Origin: Zootoca vivipara
Taxonomy: Eukaryota
Length of the DNA stretch: 64,000 nt
Assembly: GCF_963506605.1 (NCBI RefSeq)
Contig: NC_083288.1
Location: 36,766,001 to 36,830,000, forward strand
Direction of reading: 5' to 3'
The translations under genes and the position numbers were made by a program. The notes below the pieces were generated by a model. That model was not told the origin of the DNA and made no database searches. It saw only the letters and a program-made list of their open reading frames with translations. Shown here piece by piece: positions 30,349 through 43,470 of this stretch (position 1 is the first letter of the stretch; each line of letters starts with the position of its first letter).

Positions 30349-31407
30349 GTACGTCTGATGTGCTAGGAAATCCCTTGGCAAAAGGAATCGGGCAAATTAA
30401 AATCGTCAGTTGCCATACTCCTCCTTATTGGCTCTGGAGCCTTCTTTCCTTGGAGGTTCACCAGAAGCAGAGCCTGAGCTCCTTTAATTGAACTCGAGGT
30501 GCTAGAACCAAGTTTTATTCAGCTTCTTTTCTGAACCATAGAGATTGATAAACGCGGAAAATAGTGTGACCAAAGTATCTTGTATTCTCCAACTGAATAA
30601 CAGGAACAGTTGTATCTGCTTCCTAGCAAGTAAAGGCACCCCATAGTCACCTTTGCCTGGACTTAACTGTCTGGGGTCTCTTACCTTTTACCTTTACTTT
30701 CTGGCAGTATACTGAAGGTTGTGAATAATACGTTTTTAACTTTGGTGATTGCGGCAACAGCAAATGGCACAGTGTCTACCCATTTAGATGACATGCTCTT
30801 TCTCCTACTTGGAAACTAGAAATCTCAATATTTTATGGGTTGATGAAATGATTTTTAAAGGAACTTAGTATGTAAGGAAAATTTGAACTTCTGAAAAATT
30901 GAGTATTTTTGGAGATTGTTTAAGAATATAGATTATAGAACATTTAAATACAATTTTGTGCATCCACAGAGGGCTGTAAGAAAATATATTTCACTGTTTG
31001 CTTGGTTTTTTTAATTAAAAAAATCAGGTGTATTATGCTCCCAAGCCCATAAAAGTGGCTGCCCCTTTGGTTCATCTCTTGTCATACTAATACCATTGTC
31101 CTTGTTAATCAGCACTGGGGAGCCTGTGGCCCTTCAGATGTTGCTGGATTGGAACTCCCATCTTACCCAGCCAGAATGACCAATGGCCAGGGAAGATAGG
31201 AACTGTCATCCAGCAACTTCTGGAGGACCACAGGTTCCCCATCCTTGTTGTAAATGTACCTGTTTCCTGTCTCACATGACATAGGAAATTGGGGTCTAAA
31301 GGTAATGTGGCTTTTTGAGTACCACCGTTAAGATCTTCAGATTGGGGTGGGGGTTAATATTGGTTAGTATGTCAGTTTCTTTCTCTTTAAATCTCCAGAA
31401 CACAATC

Positions 31408-33711
31408 ATGGCTGGTGTGGGCTTTGAAGAATTCTCTGTGCCCCCTGGATCAGAGCTGGCACTGCCTCCTCTTTTTGGTGGCAATATCCTTGAGAGTGAA
31501 CTGGAGACAGAGGTGGAGTTTGCCGATGGTGGAATACCAGAAGAGGAGGAGGAAGAGGGGGCATTGAGGCAGCAGGAAATGACACGGCGCAAATGCCAGG
31601 CTCTTGCTCGGCGCTGCAAGGAGTTAGAGCAGGTAAGGGATTGGCTAGAGAGGGGGCATCATTTTAATATACCAGCTGGGGGGAAAAAACACAAACAGCT
31701 GCCACAGTGGGTTGAGCCCTGCTTTGACTTCAAGTATAAGTTCATGAAGCTGCTTTCATTGACAGGAGCTCTTGTTCTTTCCCTGCCAGGGACTGAACCT
31801 GGGACTTTCTGCTTGCCAAACATGTGCTCTGCCAAAGTATTTGGAAATCAGTGACACCTTGGGTACAAAGATCATCTGAAGATCACAGGGTGGTTCACAA
31901 CATAAAAATATAAAATGAGAACACAAGACGCATAATAATAGAAAAACAAACCAATAACCCCCTCCTACCAACACATTTAAAAGGTCATAGAATGTTGATC
32001 AGCCAAGTGCCTGATTATAGAGAAACATTATCACCTGGTACCTAAAGATATGTAATGAAAGTGCCAGGTGAGCCTCCCTGGGGAGAGCACTCCACAAATG
32101 GGGAGTCACCACAGAAAAGGCCCATTCTCATGGAAGAGGCACATGAAGAAGGGCTTCAGATGGTGAGGAGATGAAGATATTAAATATATTCCCGAGAATC
32201 CTCTGAGCAAGGTAAAACAAGAGACAGACCCTAGCCCAATGTCCCCCAGCATCTTTGGGGGCTGAGTGGAGTTTTAAACTTGGGTCTGTACTCTACCAAC
32301 TATGCCATACTAGCTGTAGGTGGGCAATAAAGAAGAGATTATTGGCCATGGGATGGTAAACTGGACCAAATGAAGATCCAGAGACCAAAGAGGAGGGACC
32401 ACTGGGTGGGTGAGTAGAATACAAGGCTGGGTGTGGGAGACGCAAAATTCTGATGTATTCTGGTGACATTACCCACAAATACAGGTGAATGAGAGGATGT
32501 TAAACCGACTGCATCAGGTCCAGAGAATAACACTGCGGCTTAAACAGGAGAGAAGGTAAGTCTGGTAGTATGTCATGGGAGTGTGAGGGGTGGGGAGATT
32601 TAAATACCTTTCCCTGAACAAGGAGGGTCTATTAAATTTTCATGCTCAGCAGACGAATTCTCCATGAATTCATCTGATCCCTCATTTAGAGCCATCCAAA
32701 CTGACAGCTGTTACCGCATCTCATAACAGTGAATCTCCTACATCAACACCACCTTGCAAAAGAACACATTTATTAAAGGGATAAGTGGGGATGTCTTGTC
32801 TGCTGGTTATCTTTCTAATGGACTCTTACTTCCCTTCAGGTTCCTCATGAGGGTCCTTGATTCGTATGGTGATGATTACAGGCAAGGCCACCTTGATATT
32901 GTCCTGGAGGTAAGAAACGCACAGCTGGTCTAAGGAAATAAGGACATGTCTAAGTTACCTTCTTATGGGTGGAAGGAATGTTAGGATGGAGGAGTTCTAG
33001 CTGAATCATGTTCTATCTAGGATGAAGGTAGCCACAGCACTGATGCTCCAGCTCCGGGCAACACAGAGAATGAGCCCCCCGAGAAAGAGACCCCTTTGCC
33101 TGCCCCAGAGGCTGAAAGCCTCTCACCTACTGAGGGCCCCATCAGTAAGAAGCGGCGGCGCCACATGCGAGAGGAAAAGGAAGCGAGGTTACGCCGAGCA
33201 GCCCAAACGTTGCTTCCTATGGAAGAGTTTCCTGTGCAGGTACGGGAGAACATAGAGGCTCTGCAAATATATAGATGACCATACAAACTTAACCTACACA
33301 CTACCTTTGGGGGGTTAGGTGGGGAATGTGGCCAGATGTAATGGTAAACAGGCATATTACTAGGTTATGTATACTCCAGCCGTCGGCTACACAGAATCTG
33401 CTACCATAATACAAATTCAGGATTTTGTCTTCTATTTTTAAACACGCTTCTAGTCCTGCTGGTTTATCACACACACACAGTTTGAAAGCATCCCCTTTCT
33501 TCCCACATCACGCACAGCGCTTCTGTTTGGCTTGAAACTGTGTTTTGAATGACTGTTTTGGTTTTTGTGGCTGCAGATAAAGTCTGAAGAGGATTTCCAA
33601 TGTGAGCAAGAGGATGTCCTCACTCCTGCCTGGCAGCAGTCTAGTCCTCAGGATAAGTTGCTCCATTATTCAAAGTTCTCTAGCCCAGGGGCCTGTTCTG
33701 ATTTCGACTGA
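31408..33711 (+). CDS. TFPT: TCF3 fusion partner (INO80 complex subunit); coding exons 31408-31632, 32485-32555, 32840-32909, 33021-33239, 33577-33711
   Basis: Spliced ORF of 720 nt = 239 aa: [38 protein letters not shown]...[37 protein letters not shown]...IKSEEDF...[23 protein letters not shown] introns. Confidence 0.96.
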
Positions 33712-35187
33712 GGCTGGCCACTCACCGGTCCTCACAAAGGAGACTCTATATGTATATCTGAACTTCGGTTGCCTCCCTCCTGGGTTAAAGAGGCCAGTGG
33801 GCTGTCCGCTGATGAGTCACCTGGGGATGCGTTTTGGACTGAAAGGAGCACAAGCTCATTTTAAGAGCCAGCAGGAGACGGACTGTGGAACTCTCAGCCA
33901 CTTGGAGTGCACTCGATCTGAACTGACACTGGGTGGCTATGGGGCAAGTGCTGGAAGACAAAATGGTCTGCACTAACTTAACAAAACTTGAAAGTCAATG
34001 TATTAAGTGTTCAAGCCCATCTGCATTAGGGAGATGAATGGATTCTACCAATGTCCAAAAGCTTCAGTATGGGGTAGGAATGGGTATGTATGTCGAATTT
34101 GTATGTCTTACGTCTTGGGCCGCACAATTTCTGAGTTTCTGAAAGAGTTAAGTGATCTCTGACTGAGGCCACTTGGGCACCATAGGTTTATAAGCACTTT
34201 TATGCCACTTTAAACAGTCTTGGCTTCCCCCAGAGAATCCTGGGGACTGTAGTTTGGTAAGGCTGTTGGGAGTTGTTGGGTGCTCTCTATTCCCCTCCCA
34301 GAGCTACAATTCCCCAAATTCCTGGAGAAGAGGGATTTCTAAACCACCCTGGGAATAGTAGCTTTGTCAGGGGAATTGGGGTCTTTGGAGGAAGTCACAT
34401 CTGCCCCCAAAAGTGGCATACTACTTTAAATGTATAATGCAGATTGAAAGTGGTGTGCAGGAGCTGGCTTCCATGCACTGTTTAAGAAAGGAAATAGAAG
34501 TAGCTGCCGTTTTGTGTGACAAATGTTCTCAGTGAAGAGGAGTCTTCTTACAGCTGTGAGAGAACTCTGCTGCTTTGCTTTCCAAGCCAATATTTTTATG
34601 AGTATCTTAAACACGAGGCACAACATCCTAAAGCCAATTCTGTACTAAAACCAGTAGACTCCTACAACATGTGCAAATTATGCAAGATTAGCAAATTTGT
34701 CAAGTGTTTGCTTATTTTCTCTGCCAGAGCGAGCGAGCGAGCAAGGCACTAAATCCCTCTCCCTCATTCTTTTCTGAAGCCATAAGGACTATACACTTCC
34801 TCCAGATCTACTGCAGAGCAGTGGTGCCTGAATTAGATTCTGCCCACCCGTTAAGTTTATTTTCATGTTTCTTTGAGGGCTGCAGAATACTGCACACTTC
34901 CTTTCCCTCCCCAACAGATCCATTTCAAGGGAGCTGCCAAACATAACAATTGGTCTCGGGGCACATTGTGATTACTTCCCTTAAAGACTCCTGGGCCAGG
35001 GGTTTTTGTAAAGGTGCCAGGAATTGCTCTCAGGTGAACTGCAATACCCAGTGTCCCTTGAAAGAGGAAGCTGTGACACCTAAGCTTGGTTAAGTGTCCC
35101 AACCTCTTTAGCAATGCTTTGTTGTTGTTTTTTGGAAGGGGTGATCACAAAGAGAAAGGTTGCGAAGCCTGCTTTTAAGTTAGCAAG

Positions 35188-35193
35188 TTTATT
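35188..35193 (-). terminator. Polyadenylation signal for NDUFA3
   Basis: AATAAA on the minus strand about 110 nt after the stop codon. Confidence 0.7.
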
Positions 35194-35300
35194 GTATCCT
35201 GAAAATGTTACACATGTACACAAAAGAGCAGAGAGCAGTGCAGGCCTGGGTTGCCACTTCAGTGTTGGTTCTCTAGGCAAATTCATCACAAGGGCCCGCC

Positions 35301-38300
35301 TCAGAAGTTCTTTAGCCATTCAAGACTTGGTCCTTCCTTGTCACAAGGGTGGGAGGGAATATCTGGCATATTGCCATCATCCCGAACTGGAACTGGAGAG
35401 AGGAAAAGAACAGAAATCAAGTGTGTGTATCTCCCAACTTCGATACAACCAAATACTTCTGTTCAGGACGGACACAACAAGCATTTGACTAAGAGACCCT
35501 GCACAGAACAAAATGGTGCCTCAACACAAAGTAGCCCACTGGCTTGTCAGAGAGCCACCTTGCCACTGCATCTCTACCCTCATTTTTTGAAAGTGTGTGC
35601 AGCCATCATTTACATTTTTCTTCCTGACTAAAGCTGTGAGAGCTGGACCATAAAGAAGGCTGATCGCCGAAGAATTGATGCTTTTGAATTATGGTGCTGG
35701 AGGAGACTCTTGAGAGTCCCATGGACTGCTAGAAGATCAAACCTATCCATTCTTAAGGAAATCAGCCCTGAGTGCTCCCTGGAAGGACAGATCGTGAAGC
35801 TGAGGCTCCAATACTTTGGCCACCTCATGAGAAGAGAAGAATCCTTGGAAAAGACCTTGATGCTGGGAAAGATGGAGGGCACAAGGAGAAGGGGACGACA
35901 GAGGACAAGATGGTTGGACAGTGTTCTCGAAGCTACGAACATGAGTTTGACCAAACTGCGGGAGGCAGTGCAAGACAGGAGTGCCTGGCGTGCTATGGTC
36001 CATGGGGTCACGAAGAGTCGGACACGACTAAACGACTAAACAACAACAACAAAAGCTGTGCTACAGGAATAAATGCTAAGGGAGAACCATTTCCTCCTAG
36101 TATAGAAACACAGTGATTGGGAAACTATGCCCATTCTGGTTTTGCCAGCCAATCAGCTTGCTTTATAGGTGCAGACCCTCTGCCCACAAATCAGTGTAGG
36201 GTTGTAGTATTCAGCAGTACACTGCCTCTTAGTTACCATGGATTCATTTTCAAGAATGTGTTGACCAACTTTCAGTTCTCCTGCAAGGAGGCCAATTGTA
36301 GTGAAAATTTGCCTGTTTTGTTAAAAGGTGAACAATTTGACAATTGAGCTATTTTGGGAGCTCTCCAGTACGTGCCTTACAGACGTGGCAGTCAGTCATA
36401 TTATTTGGATGTGTATGCTTTAATTTTTTTATTTGTCAAGTATCCCAACGACGTCATCACGTATGACTTCTATCATTAGATCTTCAGCTGCCTCGCTCCA
36501 AAGAAGTGGCTCAGCCATAGTTTAACATCAGCTGCACTAAACATGGAGTCAAGTATTTCATGTTGCTCCTCTGCTAAGGAACTGCCTTTAAAGGGATAGG
36601 TTTTGTGGAGGCGGTTATACCTGGATATGTATATGGTACAGCCTGGTTAATCATGGTGCTGTATTTTGTTAAGGGACTGACCCACGGTGCCACCAAAGCT
36701 GAAATAGGAAAGGAAAAACACAGATGCGAGTCAGAAAGAAACTGAAAACATAAATTGCACACCAAGCCTCTAACAACAAAAGAAATAAACTCAAGAGTAC
36801 TGCTCTATCTAGGTGAGTATAGGAGTGGGCAAGACTTTAGCCTCGAGGATCTGCTTTGTTTTCTAAAACTCAAGAGATCCACCAACCAGAGTCCAGTGCA
36901 AAAGGCTTCAAAGTCAAGACTTCTGAGTCCAGGAATTGGTTTCTAGTTCCAGAACCGAGCCCTTCCATAGAAGAGTTGCCTCTGGTTACCCCCTTTCTTG
37001 GCTTTCTTCATTTCAACAATATAACTTGGGCAGGAGGTTATCTCAAAGTTGTCATTTTTAAGCAACTGGGAGCAAGAAATAGTTGCCAATCTACTTCAAA
37101 TTACACAAAATATCCAACAAATCCTAATCGTATCTTCTGGCTACCCTTTGTCTACATCAGGGGAGGGGAACACCCATAATAGAGCACACCGGTACTGATT
37201 TTAAACATGGAGATAAACACCGGCAATTCCCTAATTGTGACCTACTGTCAATGGTTTATTATAAAAACAATAAACCATTGACAGACAAGCTATGCCAAAT
37301 ACTAGATGATAATTTTCCCAATTTGTTTCAACTACTAAGACGACTAAACAACAACAATACCAAGTGTAGGGATGCTGGTGGCGCTGTGGTCTAAACCACT
37401 GAGCCTAGGGCTTGCCGATCGGAAGGTCCCCGCGACGGGGTGAGCTCCCGTTGCTCAGTACCAGCTCCTGCCCACCTAGCAGTTTGAAAGAACATCAAAG
37501 TGGAAGTAGATAAATGGGTACCACTCCGGTGGGAAGATAAACGGCATTTCCATGTGCTGCTCTGGTTCACCGGAAGCAGCTTAGTCATGCTGGTCACATG
37601 ACCCTGAAGCTGTCTGCGGACAAACGCCAGCTCCCCAGAGCACGCAACCCCAGAGTCATCCGTGACTGGACCTTACGGTCAGGGGTACCTTTACCTTTTT
37701 ATACCAAGTGTGCTTTCCTCAACCACAACTCAAATCAAGCATTACAACTTGGCCACTAACACCGTCATGGGCAAACACCAACTCCAAAATAATGCTATCT
37801 AGCATTTATAAGGCACTCCTATCAGAATGGACTGCTAATACACTAGGCTTGAAAAGAGTATGGGAAATTGACTTAGGACATGAGGAGAACAAATGCTCTC
37901 TGGGGCAAAGCTCCATTTAAAACTATGCCCACAAAAGTTCAGGCAGCTACTTTTAAAATAATACATTTTACGTTAAATTAAAAAGAATCAACCCAACATC
38001 TCTCCAGACTGCTGGAGAGACTCTGGGGAAAGGGGAGGAAGTTAGCATCTGTGATGAGAATGCTACTATGTGAAGGAATTTTAGTTGCTGTTTTTGAGAA
38101 AAATATTAAAAAATCACAAAGCAACAAATTTTACCCCTTAGCTCTTAATGACATCATCCACAAAGGCCCTCATTTGCTACACCAAGAACTTATGTGGTCT
38201 CAAGACCCTTAGTGCAGCATCCTTTCTAAAGCTAAGCAGGACTGGCCCTGGTCAGTGTCTGGATGAAACATGCTCTAGGACCCCATACACAGCACCCACG

Positions 38301-39832
38301 AGGAAACTGCAAAAATGTATTTAATTAGAAAGTGGATTCCTGGGCTGCAGGGAAAAGTAATGCAAACTCACCCATAAAACCAATGCCGAAAGAGAGAACG
38401 ACAACTGGATCCTTTCCCCATGCATCTTTCAGAAACGGGATAATTTCTGTGGGATAAGGAAGTATGCACACTTATTAGAACTGTTTTGAATACTTGCTTC
38501 TCTGACAATGTTTGGAGGCCTAACAAGTTAGAACAGGAGAACGCTATCAGAGTATTTGGGAGGATAGGAATTTTTCGCATCTAATATTTGCCTGCTCCTG
38601 CAGCTTATCAACATGGCAAGACCAGCATCTCCTTTTTAAAAACAGTGTCTTCTTGCTAGTGGGGCAAAGTAGGGAGTTGACTTGTGCCGGCAGATCTACA
38701 AAGGACAGACTTTGGGCCGTCTTTTACTCATGATTTAAGAGGGTTGGGAACCAGGAGTTGCACAAGGCACTAATTAGGCATTAACTCAACTGGGGAGACC
38801 ATGAGCAGATCTGTCATTCAGCGCCTCACTTTTCCCATCTGAAAAATTGAAACAACAGTGGCATACACTTAAGACTGTAATTTAAAAGATTTGTTCCAGG
38901 TACCCCAACTTTTCTAAGGTGGTGACCGGGGTTGGGGCCTTTTCTATGCATCTTTGGAACAACCAGATACTCGCTTGGTGCCTACACGCCAGATGAACAC
39001 TTTTATTTCCCCGGAGCTATTCTTGCTCCTGCTTCCAATATTTGCTCTTGGTTTTTCTGATCATTTATAATACTGCACACCACTTGACACATTATTAATG
39101 GGAAAGCCAAGGCAGATATTTTTTTTTAAGTAAGGAAAAAATAATGGATGCACAGAAGAACCTTACAAAAATCTATTCAGAAGTAAGTCCCACCTAGTTC
39201 AATGAGACTTAACCCTGCAAGTGCGAAAGGGGTTGCCGCCACGCTTGGCTCACAACATAGCTGAGAGAACAGGTTTTGTAAAGTGTCTTGTGTTCAGGAC
39301 TGAGTGGGCACAGAAGAAAAGCATGTTGTTTTTCCTTCATTAGGGGTTTAAAAGCCGAGGGAAGGTGGCTGCCTATCAGAAATGCTTCTGTAGCGGATTT
39401 TCAGCACTGTACTGTATCTGCAATGGATTAAGCTAGATGTCTCTTGTGATCCCTCCAAACACTATGGTTGTGGTAGCCTGAAAATACACAAAGGACCCCC
39501 CTACACACACATACACACAACCTAGCAACCCTCCCCCGTGCAAAACAGTTCGCACGTGCCCTAAAAACTCCGCCACGGTCCTTCTCCACCGACCAACTAA
39601 AGAAGGTCATCCTCTTAACAATTTGAATGTCCTTCTTTATCTTTCCAACCTACCCCAAAACGGATCCCCACTTAACACTCACTGCCATAACCCTGGCTCC
39701 CTCTAGCAAAGGGGGGGGAACCCCTCCACGAACCCTGCGCCACTCAAAAGACACGGACCCACCAGCCGAGTAAGTCGGGAGAGAGAGAGAGAATGAGGCA
39801 CTGTTAGGGCACTTACTTCTCAGCGCAGCCAT
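35301..39832 (-). CDS. NDUFA3: NADH:ubiquinone oxidoreductase subunit A3; coding exons 39817-39832, 38372-38446, 36621-36698, 35301-35392
   Basis: 86 aa [86 protein letters not shown], with the [13 protein letters not shown] signature. All introns are phase-1 GT-AG. Confidence 0.97.
35639..36051 (+). mobile_element. 5'-truncated BovB (RTE clade) LINE in NDUFA3 intron 3
   Basis: Encodes RT C-terminus (..[31 protein letters not shown]...[17 protein letters not shown]), with a (CAA)n tail and 9-bp TSD aaagctgtg. Confidence 0.93.
37368..37700 (+). mobile_element. Sauria SINE
   Basis: Same family as 15083, with tail ACCTTTACCTTT and 11-bp TSD ataccaagtgt (37357-37367 / 37701-37711). Confidence 0.9.
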
Positions 39833-39880
39833 CTTGAAAGGAAAGCGGAGGAGGCGCAACGCATTGTGGGAACGGTAGTT
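39826..39880 (-). promoter_or_regulatory. NDUFA3 proximal promoter: YY1 motif overlapping the ATG and a ZNF143/Staf-type site
   Basis: AAGATGGC at the start codon, and ACTACCGTTCCCACAATGC (39861-39879, minus) matching the ACTACnnTCCCA-type motif. Confidence 0.6.
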
Positions 39881-42078
39881 TTATAGAGTCGGTCTCCCTC
39901 TCCCTCCCTCCCCCTCCCCCCATTACCTTACATTTCCAATGTGATTTTGCACCCTTTAAAATAATACTTATTATTAGAGTATCATCATCATCATCGCCAC
40001 TTTGTTGCTTTCAAACTGTTATAACCTGTTTCTCTTCGACAAGGCTGGACGTTTGTAGTACAGGAATAATGCATGCCGGCTTTTTGTCACTTCTTTAATG
40101 GATTTCTTACATCTCCGGATTTTTTTATGCAGGTGTTTGCTTTGGGTTGTAATGTGAATGGAGAGCACGGGGGGTGGGGAGGAACCCTAGTAAGCTGCCC
40201 AGTGCATGCGTGCAATTTTACAATAGTTCAAAGTCCCTCGGCTCCCCCTCCCCGCGCTTTCTTTGCTGCAGTGCGTTCACACGTGCACATGAATAACGCC
40301 AGACAGCCAGTCATGTCATCCTGAAGGTGCTTTGCTGGGGAACAGGTGCTTTGCTGGGGGGGGGGAGGGAAAGGCATAGAGGATTTCTTTTCACTTGGTG
40401 CACGTTTGCCCTTTAGTGGCTGGCTGTGAATCCAGGTGGCTAGAAATGCATACACACATCCCCAAAATCCTGGGAATTGTGGTATATTAGGGATGCTGGG
40501 AAATGTAGCTTTGTGAGGGGTAAATTACAGGCCCCCAGATTCTTTTGCAGGGCGTGGGAGTTGTGCTTTAAATGTATGGTGTGTAAGCTGCAGAGAAACC
40601 CTGCTGAAGTTAATGACCTTAAGTTAATCATGTTCATTGGTTTCAATGGGCCTGCTCTTGTGTTGGCTTAGATACAACCCAATGGGCATTTGATTGATGG
40701 CAGGTGGGGGGGGGAGGCAAGTAGCAGAGTCAGACGCTATACTTATTTTGAATGTCCTGAAAAATGTGAAGTTGCCTGACATTATTATTGCTAATGTATA
40801 GGGAATTATTTGATGACTTAAAAGAAAAATGTTGCAACAGGAAACTGTGCCCCAGAGCACGTGCAGAGTGTATTTCCCTGACCACTGCATAATCCCCTTT
40901 ACAGCCTTGGGGATGGGTTGAGCTGTGGGTGTGGCATCCTTTTAAAAAATTAGCCTCTGAACTTCTCTGCAATTAACCATTCAGGGCCAATTTCCTTCCA
41001 AATAGCAATATTTCCACCTCCTTGTTCAATGCCAAAGACACTGGCAGCCCTACTAACACGCTGGCAGCTGCTTCCTTTTGAGTCACCTCAGGGACTTTCT
41101 GGGTCTAAGATAAGGAAGCTTTCGACCTTGTTTGACCGCAGAACTCCAGTTTTTGACATACTATCACATTCAGTTCCCCCTTTGAAATGACCAGTCTGTT
41201 GGATAAAAATATTATATTCTACAGGGGTATATTCTAATCTAGAGCCAAACAAAACAGGGGTGGAGGATCTTTTTCAGCCAGTCGGTCACATTCCCTTCAG
41301 AACAAACATCTGTTCTGAGGGTCACATGCTGGTGGTGCATAGGGCCCAAGACCGGGGGTGGTGGTTAGCAACCATCTTAAAAGAGACTAGTTTCTGTATG
41401 CACACATGCCTCCCTTTCTGTTACTCATCCATTATGAGATTTACCAGTCAGGCAAAACCACTTGGGAAGGAAGGCAGATACTGGGAGAGTCTACATTTTG
41501 CATCTTGAGAGCTCTGCTGCTGTTTGCCAGATGTGTTGCACAGCTGGCTCAAGTAACCAAGAGGCCCTTCCTTATTATCACTTCATTTATTCCGAGGTTG
41601 AAGGCCTGGCCATTAGGCAAACTCCAAGTTTGACATGTGACATGCTTCATAACACATTTCTAACACATTTGATATTGTTACATGTTGCCTCAGTCTCCAC
41701 CGACTGCTGCACGGGGTTTGTGTATCCTTCAGAAAATTGGGCACGAGGGAGGCTATAGTGATTATTATTATTATTATTATTAATGACTTATTTAAATATA
41801 TACACACACACAACCTGAAACTTTCGCTGGAGGGGCTCACAGCTACAAAACGACAACAAAACATTGGCAGAGGTTGGTAACGGATCCCAGATTCCAGGGT
41901 TCGTAGTTAATGAAGCTACCCCTGGTTTGAGTATCAGTTACTCAGTTGCAGGGGCACTACAAACTGTGGGTAGGGTTGCCAGACTCAATAGAGGACAGGA
42001 CTTCTGTGCCTTTAATTGCCCTGCTCTCTTTTGAGTCTGGAAACCTTAAAGAGAAACCAACAGACCCTTTGCTTGGAA

Positions 42079-42307
42079 CAGGTAGGTAGCCGTGTTGGTC
42101 TGGATCGAAGTAAAATAAAAAAAATTCCTTCAGTAGCACCTTAAAGACCAACTAAGTTTTTATTTTGGTATGAGCTTTCGTGTGCATGCACACTTCTTCA
42201 GATACCTGAAGAAGTATCTGAAGAAGTGTGCATGCACACGAAAGCTCATACCAAAATAAAAACTTAGTTGGTCTTTAAGGTGCTACTGAAGGAATTTTTT
42301 TTATTTT
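42079..42307. mobile_element. Penelope-like element remnant: two inverted pseudo-LTR copies forming a 94-bp perfect hairpin, each arm with a minimal hammerhead ribozyme motif
   Basis: Arms 42112-42205 and 42214-42307 are exact reverse complements. 13-bp TSD cctttgcttggaa (42066-42078 / 42308-42320). Motif gtat-CTGAAGA-a-gtgtg-catg-cacac-GAAA-gc-TC-atac. Confidence 0.85.
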
Positions 42308-42328
42308 CCTTTGCTTGGAAATTAAACA

Positions 42329-42709
42329 AAAATGGAAAGCGTAATGCTGGTGGTCAACAAAGGAGGTTTAAAGACTGTCTCAAGGCAAATATTTAAAAAT
42401 GTATAAACACTGACAACTGGGAAACACTGGCCTGCGAGCGCTCCAGTCGGAGAACAGCCTTTACCAAAGGTGTCATGGGCTTTGAAGAAACTCGATCTCA
42501 GGACGCAAGGGAGAAACGTGCTAAGAGGAAGGCACGCTTGGCAAATCCACACCGTGATCGACTCCCGCCTGGAAACCAATGTCCCCACTGTGGAAGGACG
42601 TGTAGATCCAGAATTGGCCTCCACAGTCACTTACAGACCCATTGTTAAAATCGTGTTTATGGAAGACAATCTTACTCGGCTACGAGTGATTGCCAAAGAA
42701 GAAGAAGAA
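42329..42709 (+). mobile_element. 3' end of an RTE-clade LINE (not BovB)
   Basis: Frameshifted RT C-terminus (GKRNAGGQQRRFKD...WETLACERS..R...) ending in a C2H2-like motif CPHCGRTCRSRIGLHSHLQTH, with a (GAA)n tail. Confidence 0.8.
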
Positions 42710-43470
42710 TAGGTAGGCATGGTTTTATTTTTAGATAGCAGTCCATGCTGCATTGTGTGAGCAAAAGTTGGCAACAGCGTGCACAAAGGCAGAACAAGAT
42801 ATTTCTTGAAAGCAGACTACTGCCAAGATGTTGCCTTCAGGGATGTGCAACCATGCTGTTGTTGAAACAACAGACAAAGGAACAAAAGGCTGAGTGTGTA
42901 CGATGTGTGGCAAAATTATTGCAGACGCATATGGCATGTTTTCCTTATAAAGCTACCTTGAAGCAGAAGCAAGTTGGGGAGGAGGATACTGCAGCTAACA
43001 GAAAGGAGCCAATGTACTTTTACAAAATCTCTGGCTTCCAATCTTTTCCTGCCTCTAGGCCACACAAACCACACATTTAAAGCACTATGATATCACTTCA
43101 AACAATCATGGCTTCCCCCAAATAATTCTGGGTGCTAAAGTTTGTTAAGGGTGCGGACAGTTTTCCAGAGGCCCCTATTCCCCACAGACAACTACAATTT
43201 CCAGAGTTCCCTGTGAAGAGGAATTTACTGTTAAACCACTCTGAGAATTGTCCCCCTGCCTTTAGAGCAACTGAAAACGTCAAATGAGAAGCCATTTATT
43301 GCTGCCTTTGTCAGAAAGGGAACTGTCCTTTTCCTTTTCTCTCTCTCTCTCTCTCTACCCCAACCCAACATTATGACTGATGATGGATCATCGTTTCCTG
43401 GGCATCATATTTATATACTTAGATTCCCAGACACTCGGATTCTCATTTGAAGACTCTGCATGTTTTAAGG

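Noticed and set aside
35628-36116. Cluster of 86-127 aa ORFs
   Set aside because: All lie within the truncated BovB LINE.
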